The position numbers and the translations under genes are program-made. 64,000 nucleotides of DNA from Terriglobia bacterium (GTDB lineage: Bacteria; Acidobacteriota; Terriglobia; 20CM-2-55-15), in contig CBDAOY010000009.1 in the NCBI GenBank assembly GCA_965198225.1, positions 1 to 64,000 on the forward strand, read 5' to 3'. Positions 1-11,062 of the stretch are shown here, one piece after another. Below the pieces are notes generated by a model. That model made no database searches. It worked only from the letters and a program-made list of their open reading frames with translations, and was not told where the DNA came from. Each line of letters begins with the position of its first letter. Position 1 is the first letter of the stretch.

Positions 1-120
1 CGGTGAACCACTGACGCACCTCACTTTGTGTTGTGGCGACATGAACAGTACAATCGGGGGCCGCGACGATCCTAACGCACGTGTCATGGAAGCGACGCTC
101 GCGGAACCGCAGGACTGAAT

Positions 121-552
121 ATGGATTGGTGGGTCTGGGTAGTAGCGGGTTTCGCGCTGTTTACTTTGGAGCTGTTGTCTCCAGGTGGTTTCTACCTCTT
201 CTTCTTCGGCTGTGGAGCTCTGGCGGTGAGTCTGTTGACCGCATTCGACTGGGCTGGACCGACTTGGTTGCAAGGAGTGCTTTTCACCTTCCTGTCGTTG
301 TTCTCGGTCTTGTTTTTCCGTCCCCTGATCATGAACAAAATGCAGACGGGTTCAGGCGATGTGGAGGTCGACAGCCTTGTGGGCGAGGTGGCCGTGGCGC
401 GAGACGAAATCGTCCCCAACGGTTGGGGCAAAGCGGAACTGCGAGGGACGGCATGGAAGGCGAGGAATGCAGGAACGGCGCCCATCGGGCCGGGCCAATC
501 GTGCCGCGTTGAAAAAGTCGACGGGTTGACCTTGTGGGTCCGAGGCGACTAG
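121..552 (+). CDS. NfeD family membrane protein
   Basis: Hydrophobic N-terminus plus C-terminal OB-fold motif (GKAELRGTAWKARN...VEKVDGLTLWV); directly upstream of an SPFH gene. Confidence 0.92.
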   Translation: MDWWVWVVAGFALFTLELLSPGGFYLFFFGCGALAVSLLTAFDWAGPTWLQGVLFTFLSLFSVLFFRPLIMNKMQTGSGDVEVDSLVGEVAVARDEIVPNGWGKAELRGTAWKARNAGTAPIGPGQSCRVEKVDGLTLWVRGD

Positions 553-686
553 AAATCTGCGGGGCAAAAAGACTTCCGGCCCACAATGGCCCCGACATAG
601 TGCATGTCTACAGCATTGGGCGTCGATATGGAATGTCGAATTGCTTCCGCCGCGCAGGGACCGGGCCAAGCGCAAAAGGAGATTGA

Positions 687-1622
687 GTGAACATAAGTTT
701 GATCGTTGTGGCAGCGTTGATCCTGTTAGCTGTCATCATTCTTGCCAAGACAGCAGTGGTCGTTCCACAGCAGAGTCAGTACGTTGTCGAGAGGCTTGGA
801 AAGTACGCCGGAACGCTCGATGCCGGATTTCACATTCTGGTCCCGTTTCTCGATTCCATCCGTTACCGTCACTCCTTGAAAGAGTCGGCCATGGACATCC
901 CGGAACAAATCTGCATTACCAGTGACAACGTGCAAGTGGGGGTGGACGGCGTCCTGTACCTCAAAGTGCTTGACGCGCAGCGCGCCTCATACGGCATTGG
1001 AAATTACATGTTTGCGATCATCCAGCTTGCTCAGACGACGCTACGGAGTGAGATCGGAAAGATCGAACTCGACAAAACGTTCGAGGAGCGAGCCCACATC
1101 AACACCCAGATCGTGGACGAGTTGGACAAAGCGACGGAACCCTGGGGTGTCAAGGTGCTTCGTTACGAGATCAAGAATATCAATCCTCCGGGCGACGTGC
1201 TCGCGGCCATGGAAAAGCAGATGCGTGCCGAACGCGAAAAGCGCGCAACGATTCTGGACTCGGAAGGCCACCGTGACTCGGCTATCAACACGGCCGAGGG
1301 CGAGAAGCAGAAAGTCATCAAAGAATCCGAGGCTACAAAGCAACAGCAAATCAATGAAGCAGAGGGACAGGCCAGCGCAATCACGACCGTTGCGGCAGCC
1401 ACGGCCGAAGGCATTCGCAAGGTAGCCGAAGCGATCGAGGCGCCCGGTGGCTATCAAGCGGTGCAGTTGCGCGTCGCCGAGCAGTATGTCGAGAAGCTTG
1501 GCATGCTGGCCAAGGAGAACAATACGATGATCCTGCCGGCAAATATGGCTGATGTCTCTTCGATTATCGCCACGGCAATGAGCGTGATCAAACAGACTGG
1601 CGGCCCGCAAGACGAAAGGTAG
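687..1622 (+). CDS. SPFH/stomatin-like (QmcA/paraslipin-type) protein
   Basis: VVERLGKY, QTTLRSEIGK, WGVKVLRYEIKNI, MEKQMRAERE motifs; N-terminal TM helix; AGGAG RBS, GTG start. Confidence 0.95.
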   Translation: MNISLIVVAALILLAVIILAKTAVVVPQQSQYVVERLGKYAGTLDAGFHILVPFLDSIRYRHSLKESAMDIPEQICITSDNVQVGVDGVLYLKVLDAQRASYGIGNYMFAIIQLAQTTLRSEIGKIELDKTFEERAHINTQIVDELDKATEPWGVKVLRYEIKNINPPGDVLAAMEKQMRAEREKRATILDSEGHRDSAINTAEGEKQKVIKESEATKQQQINEAEGQASAITTVAAATAEGIRKVAEAIEAPGGYQAVQLRVAEQYVEKLGMLAKENNTMILPANMADVSSIIATAMSVIKQTGGPQDER

Positions 1623-2012
1623 CCGCCGAGCCGGATTTTATTCGGGCACATCAAGTTGGCGTCTGTGCGCTGAGCGGGGACACGGATATTGGAAGGCTCC
1701 TCGACAATCTGATGGCAGGCGACCAGATCTCCTGAATGACGCGCCAGCGCCTGTCATATATCCGCGCATGACTATCGGTCATCGGCCAATGCTACCCATC
1801 TCGGTCTAGGATTTCCTTTTTGGCCGTCTGGACCCCATGCGTGTGCATAAAAGAACCAACGGAAGGCCTGACGATCGAGACCAGGACCAACAGCCCACCC
1901 CGATCGAGAAAAAAGGATCCAGCCCCTCGCGCCCGCGCAGTTCACGCGGACCCTTCGGCGGATCGGGGGCGGCCGCCGTTGATTTCCAGCTCGGCTTGCC
2001 CGAGGAAGTCGC

Positions 2013-2400
2013 GATGCCTTCGCTCGAGTTCAGACGGCACTACTTTGGGGACGACTCGCAGATGCTTGACCGTGCCACGTCGCGAGAGAGCTATGCGGCG
2101 ATCGTCGAGAGCCTGCGCAATGACGCGCAGGAACAGATTGTTGCCGCGTCTACGGAGCACAACCTGCTGGTGCTGGCGGGCCCCGGTTCCGGAAAGACAC
2201 GCGTGGTCGTTCATCGCTGTGCCTATCTGTTAAGGATCGAACGCATCCGTCCTGAACGCATTCTCGTGATCTGCTTCAACCGCTCCGCCATGCATGAGCT
2301 GCGGATCCGGCTCCGGGACTTGGTCGGCGACCTGGCGCGCCAGATGGCCGTGCACACGTATCACTCCCTCGCCTTGAGACTAACGGAAAGATCCAGCGGT
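2013..2400 (+). pseudogene. UvrD-like (SF1) helicase domain fragment, probably from a RecQ-UvrD fusion helicase
   Basis: LVLAGPGSGKTRVVVHRCAYLL (Walker A), ILVICFNRSA, HTYHSLALRL; similarity stops before Walker B and no credible start. Confidence 0.75.
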
Positions 2401-2504
2401 CAACAAGACCGCATCCAGCGTGGCGATACCTGCGCCCACAAGCTAGAACTGCCAGTAAAAAGGGCACCTTGAGGTCGGCGATCTCAAGTTTAACCACGCC
2501 ATCG

Positions 2505-2840
2505 TCAAAACCACGAATGAACCGTAACTTGTTCCAACAGGGAGCGTACTTCGTGCTCATTCATGATCGGTGAAAACTGGCCACCGAGACAAAGTCGTCC
2601 GTCAGTCCGGAATGTATAATAGCTGATTCGATAAAGGTACTCACCGTGATGCCGTTGCTCCGCAGCGCAACGGATTCTTTGCATAACATATTTGTTCTCG
2701 CTGTCGACAAACACGCTGACCTCATCCTCCACATAACCAAGGAGAAACTGTTCTCCAGACTCCTTGTCCCGGATGCGGACGGATTTGCCGACGCCTGTGA
2801 CCCGCCTAAGGCGCTCAATCTGTTCAGTGGTCAGATTCAT
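2505..2840 (-). CDS. hypothetical protein (111 aa)
   Basis: Clean ATG ORF with protein-like composition; no recognised motif. Confidence 0.6.
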   Translation of the reverse strand: MNLTTEQIERLRRVTGVGKSVRIRDKESGEQFLLGYVEDEVSVFVDSENKYVMQRIRCAAEQRHHGEYLYRISYYTFRTDGRLCLGGQFSPIMNEHEVRSLLEQVTVHSWF

Positions 2841-3259
2841 AAGTGCTTATACAGATCCATCAAGCATTTTGACAAAAGAAAGCGCACCCACTTGTCGCGG
2901 CCCGCAAAGCGGACTCCGACATGGATTTCACGGCGTGGATGATGGACCTGTGCAGCCCGCCTCACAAAGGAGCAGTTCCGCAACGAGTCAGCCCGTCATC
3001 GTGTTGGGACGCGGTCTTCAGTTCGCAGCGGGAGGAAATCCCTGAAGATCTACAGAAGAGCAAGAAGGCAAGCCCCCCGGAGAATGGGGCCGAAGGATGC
3101 CTCTCACGGCGTTTAGAGATACGGAGACCCAGAGGAGGAAGGGGGAGAGACGGCCTTATTCGTGCAGAAATACACGCCGTGCCGGTCTCCGACCCTGATC
3201 CTTGCCTGTCCGGCTGCTGGCGGGCTATTGAGGTCTCACAGCTTACCGCCGCGCCGGAC

Positions 3260-3460
3260 TCACTGTTCGGACCCGCCAAGCTCAAGATGCGCGGCTCTTA
3301 GCGTGTATTCAACACGAATCTGGTTAGTACCCCATAACGCCACCTGCGCATACTGGAAGTGGAACGCGTCGGGCAGATTCAGTTCGTGTTCATTCGTTAT
3401 CCCTCCATCGGATTCACCCACTCCCGGCCATCGGCGGGTCTTTGAATTCGTCATTACCAA
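3260..3460 (-). CDS. small hypothetical protein
   Basis: ORF abutting the stop of 3461..4780; no motif. Confidence 0.3.
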   Translation of the reverse strand: MVMTNSKTRRWPGVGESDGGITNEHELNLPDAFHFQYAQVALWGTNQIRVEYTLRAAHLELGGSEQ

Positions 3461-4780
3461 TTACTTTTCTTTCTCATCGTTAGGGCCAGTCTTTGAGCGA
3501 CCGAAACCCATTCGCCTATGGAATACCTCCTGCCATCTCGCGGTAGCCGTCTTGACGGCATACTTCGCCTCTGCTCGACTTAAGCCCTTCTTCCGGAGGC
3601 GTTTGAAGTTCGCCTTTGCAAACAGTCGTTCCCAACGGTGGCGAAATTCTCGGTTGCGTGGCACCTCGACCAGAACTCGCGGCTTATTCAATGTCGTCGC
3701 GAGTCGATCGTCTGGACGACCCGGTTGTATATATACGCCCTGGGCGTACAGAATCTGACTGACCAAAATGCCCTGACGCTCGACATCAAACTCAACGATA
3801 ACCACGCACTCGCTTGGTCCCGTCATTCTTAGCACGAGGCGCACCGACGGCGCCCCGAACCAGAACCGATCAGAAGGCCAAATCGATCGATCTTCTAAAC
3901 TATTTGGGTGCCGAAATACGTTGAAGCTGACGACATCAACCGTACCCGCCCCACAGTCAACCAACAGATGAAGCCCATCGACGCGCTGCGGAGAGTGGCT
4001 GTATGACGTGATCTGGGCGACAAACTCGGGGACTGCCTCAAGTTCATCAAGGCCAGTATCAGTCTCTACAACGCGCGCTCTCAACATGCGCCGCACATCT
4101 TCGGCAGTTAGTAGACGAGCGCTCTGGCTCGCAACCCAGGCCACAATCGCCAGTCTCTTGTACACATCCTTGGAATCGTCTGCTTCGAATAGATTTGTGG
4201 GACAGCCTATTCGTAAGTTCCAAGCGAGTCGGTAGTTGCGCACTAGGTTGGGCTGGTTGTTGTACAGCCAGGCCCGCGAAAATCGTATGACGCCCGCGAG
4301 GAACTCGACTGCACGGACATGGTCGTCTTCATCAGCCAGATTTCCCGGAAGAAAGGGTTCCTTCAAGGTCTGACATTTCCCGGCTCCCGGCACACGCGCG
4401 CCGTTTTCGGTAGACGATAACCTGCCTGGCAGCAGATACCCTGCATCTCCGATCAATTCGTCCCAGGGTATGAAGAAAACAAAATCTGCGACGCGAACAG
4501 CGACTTTTGTGAGCGCTGTTCCGAAATCAACTCCCAGATGCACGGGCCTCACCCTCCTACCAGTACCATCCGCCGCCTGAAGATATCGCCCACGTTCCTG
4601 CCATGCCGTTTGCGGGGCCGCTTCCCGAATCCGTCCTGAGTCGGTAAGCCGAAGTTGAGTTTCTTCAGGCTGACTACGATCGGACGGAGCCTCTGTCACA
4701 CCACTTCCTTGTGGTTCGTTTGGCTGACGCCGGGGAGACCCACCCAGGAGTTTCCGAAACCATTCGTTCAGCTTGCCCAT
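3461..4780 (-). CDS. actin/Hsp70-fold ATPase-like protein, probably truncated at ~3890 and fused to unrelated sequence
   Basis: Phosphate-1 motif HLGVDFGTALTKV, PE connect motif, phosphate-2 motif LLVDCGAGTVDV; starts 14 nt after the SNF2 stop. Confidence 0.65.
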   Translation of the reverse strand: MGKLNEWFRKLLGGSPRRQPNEPQGSGVTEAPSDRSQPEETQLRLTDSGRIREAAPQTAWQERGRYLQAADGTGRRVRPVHLGVDFGTALTKVAVRVADFVFFIPWDELIGDAGYLLPGRLSSTENGARVPGAGKCQTLKEPFLPGNLADEDDHVRAVEFLAGVIRFSRAWLYNNQPNLVRNYRLAWNLRIGCPTNLFEADDSKDVYKRLAIVAWVASQSARLLTAEDVRRMLRARVVETDTGLDELEAVPEFVAQITSYSHSPQRVDGLHLLVDCGAGTVDVVSFNVFRHPNSLEDRSIWPSDRFWFGAPSVRLVLRMTGPSECVVIVEFDVERQGILVSQILYAQGVYIQPGRPDDRLATTLNKPRVLVEVPRNREFRHRWERLFAKANFKRLRKKGLSRAEAKYAVKTATARWQEVFHRRMGFGRSKTGPNDEKEK

Positions 4781-4794
4781 AGCGCACCAACAAA

Positions 4795-7700
4795 TTACTG
4801 GACCCGGATCAGTCCAGCACAGACGAAGTTCCTGTCGGCGACTACCGTGGCGCGGTCCACGATCTTCTGTCTACGAATCGCCATGCGTTCCTTCAGTTTG
4901 TCGATCTGACCCTGGGTGGCTCGTGCCAGTGAGATTCGCCCCAGGACCTCATGCGTTCGTAAAGTTTCTCTGAGTGTGGCAAGACGTCGTTTCAAATACC
5001 GGTCCACAGAATCCAGTTGGAAACGGGCCCTGTCCGCGTTCTCATTCTTCTTGCTTGCAAGTTCGTCGCGATACCTTCGGTCCAGAACCTCTTCGGCGCG
5101 CTCAAATCTCCTTAGCACCGATGTTGGATCTGCCTCGTTGGATGCACCCACCCAGTCGATGCCTGACAACCGGGCTCTATCGAGAAGAACTTCGCTCGTC
5201 TCCTCGTCTAGAAGCGTGCCATCGTCAAACCGGAACGCGGTCACGGACAAGACCTCTTCCTCGCGCACTCCCCGGAATACCCATGACCGCACGTAGTAGG
5301 TGTAGTCTCCACGTTTGAATTCATCATCCGGAGTGCCTTGTACCTCGACGGCGGCGAGCGGGTAAAAGTGTTCGTTCTGATCACGCAGATCCTGTGTGAT
5401 GAATCGCACTAGCGGATGAAACTGGTGGAGTACCTCTTCGCTGTACCGGTACTGCTCGCTGATTCGGTTCAGAAAGCGCAGCCGCGTTATTCGACCGCGA
5501 TCCAACGCGGTTTTTCCGAGCAAACCTTCATCCTGAAGATACTCTGTAAATCGTGCGGCGACATCCGCAGGAAGCTGTGCGGTGACGAGGTTCCGGTCAT
5601 TGGCATCTTGTAGGAACTGGTGTCCCGGGCAGTAATCTGCCAAATAATCCCGAACGTACACCAGCAGGTCAGCTTCCGTCACGCGCCGGGCGAGCTCCTG
5701 CGCAGCTTCGATGCGTTCAATCACATGCTGGCCGTGGGCCATCATGTGCGCCGCGTTGCGCTCTAGTTCTTCCCGCTGTTTTCTTAGGTTTTCCAGGGCT
5801 AGCGCCGCCTGATCGATCTGTGCTTCTTCCTCAGCCGGGGTCAATGGACGGTTCAACAACGCCGACTCCAGCCTGCGGACTGTCTCGCCAACCACAGCTT
5901 CTGCCTCACCCAACGCTTCCTCGAACACTCGCAACCGGATCAGCAGTCGGTCAACGATCCTTGCGTCGATGGTTTCCTCGAAGTAGAGATTCCAGATGTG
6001 AATGATCTTGGCCTTCTGCCCCAGCCGGTCGATTCGACCGATCCGTTGCTCAATCCGAGTGGGATTCCACGGAAGATCATAGTTGACCAAGACCTTACAG
6101 AACTGCAGGTCGACACCCTCAGCAGCAACTTCGGTCGACACGAGGATCCTCAGCTTCTGGCTGTCCCGGAACCCCTCGATCACCTCCTGCTTTGTGCCTG
6201 AAGTGGCATCCCTGCCCCCCCAAATTAGCGTCGCCGGCAACGCCTCAGCGTTCAGCCGGTCTACGAGGTATCCCGCGGTTGCACGATATGTCGTGAAGAC
6301 AATCAGCTTTTCTGTGGGGTTCTCTTTCAGAAACTCCCCGGCCACTTGCATGAGACGAGTAAATTTGGAATCGGACTGCTCCAGCGCGGTGATGTCGATG
6401 GCTGAAGGTATGACCGCCTGGAGGATGGATTTGAGAGGACCGACCCCCTCCCGATCTTCGGCTTCCGGCTCTTCGATCTCGAAATCCTCGATTAACTCGT
6501 CCAGTTCTCTCCCACCCGCCTGCCATGCTTTTGCGACTGCCGCAGGGCAGGAGGTGACCTGGCGTTGTGGCGTAGCAAGGAGAAAGCCATCGCTGATACC
6601 ACGTTGAATTGCGTACTTGCGGATCGTAGCAGTCACGAGATCGTAAAGATCTCGTTCCACTTGGTTCATCGGGACGGGTTCACGCCGAACCTCTCGCAGA
6701 ATCCGCAACCCCAGCACGTCCCGTTTTCGCGTCCGAGTGACCACATGAGACAAGAGGTTCAGACGCTCAAGAATTCCCGCCAGTTCCGCTCGGTATTTCC
6801 TGTCCGACAGTTGATCATCTGTCGGCAAGTTGTCCAAAAGGGTGCGAAGTTGGCTCGATTCCGAGAGGATCGGCTGTTGGGCCGCGGCCTCCAAACGAGC
6901 GGCCACTTCAGGAGCCGTGGACTGGAGGTTCAAGACAGTATCACGCGCTGCTACAAGGGGCTTGTTCGCTTCAAGCAGGCGTTCGAAATCGTATTGTCTT
7001 CCGAAGTGATCCGTGTCGAGCAGGTTCAGGAGGTTGTAAAGGTCCCTATTCTTGAGGTTGATTGGAGTAGCGGACAACATTAACTGAAATGCCGAAACGT
7101 CCCGGAGCAGGTTCCCGAGCCGCCACGAAGCCGTCTCGCTGTTTCGCATGTAGTGGGCTTCGTCAAAGACCACCAGATCAACCAGCGGCTCGTCTTCGCT
7201 CTTGGCGTAAAGAAAGTCGGCCAGTTGCTCCCGATTCCCACCAGACTTCTTTTCCTCTGATGTCGCCTCGTGTCGCCAGGACTTGGGAGGTCTTGCAGCG
7301 TTGTAACTGACGATCCACGCTCTGCCCTCACCCAATGTCAGCCTTGGCTGGTGGAGCCCATCAAACAGTCCCGCCGCATCAACAACGTGTGCGTCGATGC
7401 CGAAGCGATTCCGAAGCTCGTCGCGCCACTTCTCCCGCAGCATGGCGGGGCACACAACAACCAGACGCCTAAAATCCAGACGTGCCCTGAACTCAGTCCA
7501 TATCAGGCCGGCTTCGATGGTCTTACCGAGACCAACCTCGTCGGCGAGCAGAAGGCCCGTGGCCGGCGAATCCAGGAGGGTCAACAAAGGGCGGTACTGG
7601 TGCGCGTAGAAATCAGTATTAGTGATTCCCATCGCATAGACGAGGTTCGCGAGGCGCCCCGACAGGTGGACGTAGGTCAGACTGCGCCGGAGATTTCCCG

Positions 7701-8212
7701 CGCGGCCGTATCGCCCTTCTCTGGCAAGGGCGAACGGGTCGCTAGCCTCAGCTTCTTCGCCAGGCTCAAGCTCGTCCTCATGACACCAGTCGATCAGACC
7801 GTCCGTCCATTGGACCTGTCCACACGGTGGGTTCGGTGCGGAAGGCTTTCGGCGGAACGGTGGAGTTTGTGACAGTCCCGCGGCGGCCCGGATTGTCGAC
7901 GCTACGTACTGCCTTCGACCTGGTTCAAACGCTCTCGCATAAGAACTCAACAAATGTTCTTCTCTTCGACCCGGCTGAATACGGCTATTTCGAAATCGTT
8001 TACGGCAATGCTGCAAGGGCGAACGGGTCGCTAGCCTCAGCTTCTTCGCCAGGCTCAAGCTCGTCCTCATGACACCAGTCGATCAGACCGTCCGTCCATT
8101 GGACCTGACAGTGGGTTTCGGAAGGCTTTCGGCGGAACGGTGAGTTTGTGACAGTCCCGCGGCGGCCCGGATTGTCGACGCTACGTACTGCCTGACCTGG
8201 TTCAAACGGCAT
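4795..8212 (-). CDS. SNF2/RapA-like SF2 helicase; 5' end scrambled by a tandem duplication
   Basis: LLLADEVGLGKTIEAG, FDEAHYMRN, LSATP, STEVAAEGVDLQ, NYDLPWNP, EQRIGRIDR; clean N-terminus MPFEPGQ... encoded from 8212. Confidence 0.9.
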
Positions 8213-8272
8213 AAGAACTCAACAAACTCTTCGACCCGGCTGAATACGGTCGAAATCGTTTACGGCAATGCT
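7724..8272. repeat. imperfect tandem duplication (289 bp noisy copy + 260 bp clean copy)
   Basis: 7724-8012 repeats 8013-8272; the left copy carries many small insertions. Confidence 0.9.
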
Positions 8273-8394
8273 GCAGGTTTCCCTGCCGCGTCGTACGCCA
8301 ACGCAACGATCGAATCGGTCAGCCATCGCCGAAACGACTCGTTGTCGCTGAACTGCTTGAACAATTCCGTGTCGTTCTTCAGGATCGTTTTCAA
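8260..8394 (-). pseudogene. hsdR: C-terminal remnant of type I restriction subunit R
   Basis: Frame not in ORF track reads LKTILKNDTELFKQFSDNESFRRWLTDSIVALAY..., resembling the conserved HsdR C-terminus (DTELFKQF.DN.SFRRWL). Confidence 0.65.
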
Positions 8395-8429
8395 TGGGAT
8401 ACCGCCCAGATTCCTGCAAGAATATCCTT

Positions 8430-8720
8430 TCAAGGACGATGGGCTCGAGACTGCGGTTGTGAAGCGTTGGGATCGAGCGTCCGTGAGTCAATAAAGTGAT
8501 ACATGGCGATCCTGGAGACGCGCAGTCTCTTGGCAATGGAGGCCTTGGAGACCTTCTTTTGTAGGAGTATGCGGATTTCTTCCTCCCTGCCGTCAAGCTT
8601 GGACTTGCCCAGCGCGCCTTTGGGGCCGCCGAGCCGCCTGCCCTTGGCCCTTGCCGCGGCCAGAGCACTTCCTTGGTCCGTTGCGAGATGCGGCCCCTCT
8701 CGACCTCGGCGAAGGTCCGG
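8430..8720 (-). pseudogene. serine resolvase C-terminal fragment (frameshifted)
   Basis: FAEVER..ISQRTKE / LAAARAKGRRLGGPKG plus HTH SKASIAKRLRVSR; cut off next to the Tn3 IR at 8734. Confidence 0.75.
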
Positions 8721-9098
8721 AAGTTCTGATTGTAGGGTATCAGGCAGATTGGTGTAGTTTTGCACGCTAAGCCGAGCGTTTCTGACGAGCGTTGAGGGTG
8801 ATAGAACTCCCGTCTCAGACGGCTCCTGGCACAGTGAGTGGGTCCCCCAACTGCGTCTCGGTGGCTCAAAACGTGGTGAGGGGCGTCCTGCGGCCAGTCT
8901 CCTGGCTTTCTTCTCTCGTCTCTTGGGTGGAGACCCGTGCATACCCAATGAGCATCATCACCCCCCTGTCGGGGTGTCGCAAAAGTCCCACAACCCCGTA
9001 GAATTGCAACAATGGCTTATGCGACAGGGTTTTGCAACGCAATCAGCGTCCGGATCCTGCGTCGTGAGCCTTTCCCGTTACCTGTCGCAAAACCGACC

Positions 9099-10814
9099 CA
9101 GACTGTGTGAAAAGTCGGCGACAGCCGGGCGGGAGTCGGTGAACTGGCTTCGGGTCCCCCATGGGGGTTGGTAAAATGTGTCATGGCACATATCACCGGT
9201 GAAGATCGTTCCCAACTTCTACTTCTGCCCGATGCTGTGGACGACTACGTGGGACCGGACAACCCGGTCCGTTTCATTGATGCATTCGTCGACGGCCTCG
9301 ACCTTGAGGCTGCTGGATTCCAGCGCGTTCGGCCCAACGACAAGGGCCGGCCGGGCTACGATCCCGCGGATCTACTGAAGCTGTATATCTATGGGTATCT
9401 GAATCGTATTCGGTCGCGACGCAGGCTGGAGACAGAGACGCATCGCAACCTCGAGGCGATCTGGCTGCTACGCCAGCTGAAGCCCGACTTCAAGACGATC
9501 TCCGACTTCCGGCGCGACAATCGGCATGCGTTCCGGGCGGTGTTTCGGCAGTTCGTGCGGTTGTGCCGGGAACTCGACCTGTACGGGCGGGAGTTGATCG
9601 CCGTGGACGGCACGCGCATCAAGGCGGTGAACCACCGGGACCGCAACTTCACGCGGGCCAAGCTGAAGACGGACCTGCAGCGTATCGACGACCGACTCGA
9701 CCGCTACCTTGACCAGATGAACGAGGCCGACGCGGATGATGCCGGCGGCAGAGCGGCTTCCGTGGCGGATCTTCAGGAGAAGATCGCATCGATCCGTAAG
9801 AGGAAGGAGACCTTGGAGGGGCATCGGCAGACGCTGGACGATACCGGAGAAGCCCAGCTGTCGCTTACGGATCCGGACTCCCGGTCAATGCATTCCAGGA
9901 CACGGGTCGGAGTGGGCTACAACGTCCAGATCGCTGTCGACACCAAGCACAACCTGATCGCCGAACAGCAGGTCCATAGCAAGGTCTCGGACCTGGGTCT
10001 GCTCGCGGAGACGGCTACAGCGGCTCGGGAGAACTTGGCTGTCGACGAGATCGACGCAGTCGCGGACCGAGGCTACTACAAGATCGAAGACATTGAGGAC
10101 TGCGAAGCCGCCGGGATCACGCCCTACGTTCCGAAGCCCGACCGGAGCACGGCCAGACGCAGTGGCCACTTTCCGAAGTCCGATTTCCAATACGCCGCCG
10201 CCACGGACACCTACCGGTGCCCCGCTGGTGAGCGCCTGGTGCCGTTGTATCGCCGAAGCGTGGGTAAGTCGCGCACAGGCACGTATCTTGTCAGTTACGC
10301 CAACCGCGCCGCATGCAGAGGCTGCGGTCTACGCGAACGATGTACCAAGAACACCTATCGGCGCATCACGCGCTTCGAGAACGAAGCAACGATGGAGCGC
10401 ATGGCGAACCGTCTCGCCGCCCGGCCCGAGGTGATGGATCGTCGCCGGGAGTCGGTCGAGCATCCCTTCGGTTCGATTAAGCAGTGGATGGGCCAAGGCG
10501 CGTTCCTGACGCGCCGGCTCGGCAATGTCCGCGGAGAGTTCAGCCTCACCGCCTTGGCCTACAACATGCGCCGCGCAATCAACCTCGTAGGAATTCCCGC
10601 CTTGATTGCCGTCGCAGCGGTTTGACCGGGTAATCCGCCCGTTTTGGGCGCAACAATCCGCCTCCATCCCGCGTTTCACAGCCACAGCAACACCTCACGC
10701 CACCGAAAAGGCTGGCAGCCCCAAGTGATCTGCGCCGCCACGGGTCCGTCATCGTGCTTGCCCTGCGGTGCTGCCGGATCAGCGATCCACGACTTGGACT
10801 TCTCACACAGTCTG
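9099..10814 (+). mobile_element. IS1182-family insertion sequence
   Basis: IRs CAGACTGTGTGA(A/G)AAGTC; 4-bp TSD GACC at 9095-9098 and 10815-10818. Confidence 0.92.
9183..10625 (+). CDS. IS1182-family transposase
   Basis: GRPGYDPADLLKLYIYGY, AVDGTRIKA, ADRGY, VEHPFGSIK motifs. Confidence 0.95.
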   Translation: MAHITGEDRSQLLLLPDAVDDYVGPDNPVRFIDAFVDGLDLEAAGFQRVRPNDKGRPGYDPADLLKLYIYGYLNRIRSRRRLETETHRNLEAIWLLRQLKPDFKTISDFRRDNRHAFRAVFRQFVRLCRELDLYGRELIAVDGTRIKAVNHRDRNFTRAKLKTDLQRIDDRLDRYLDQMNEADADDAGGRAASVADLQEKIASIRKRKETLEGHRQTLDDTGEAQLSLTDPDSRSMHSRTRVGVGYNVQIAVDTKHNLIAEQQVHSKVSDLGLLAETATAARENLAVDEIDAVADRGYYKIEDIEDCEAAGITPYVPKPDRSTARRSGHFPKSDFQYAAATDTYRCPAGERLVPLYRRSVGKSRTGTYLVSYANRAACRGCGLRERCTKNTYRRITRFENEATMERMANRLAARPEVMDRRRESVEHPFGSIKQWMGQGAFLTRRLGNVRGEFSLTALAYNMRRAINLVGIPALIAVAAV

Positions 10815-10841
10815 GACCGGTTTTACGACGGTCGCCCCCCG

Positions 10842-11062
10842 ATGACATTCAGCCGTCACTACCTCGCCCAACGGGCGACCCTCGACGCGGTTGATCTTGC
10901 GGAGGTTCAGGGCTGCCGTTGCGCGCACAACCAGCTCGGCTTCGCTTACCAAGTCGGCTTTGTGCGCCTACTCAACCGCTTCCCGAAGCAGCAGCCCTTC
11001 GAGGTCCTCGATGAGCTCCTGCTATTCACGGGCATGCAGCTCGGGGTCGACTCGACTCTCGT
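10842..11062 (+). pseudogene. tnpA: Tn3 transposase N-terminal (DUF4158-like) stub
   Basis: HNQLGFAYQVGFVRLLNRFP motif; truncated just before the right IR. Confidence 0.75.

Noticed and set aside
2505-3460. Integron cassette array
   Set aside because: No attC-like RYYYAAC...GTTRRRY structures recognised, and the integrase lacks the IntI-specific insertion
7930-8070. ORF-track N-terminus of the 1091-aa helicase
   Set aside because: Out-of-frame read-through of the duplicated segment; the real start is at 8212
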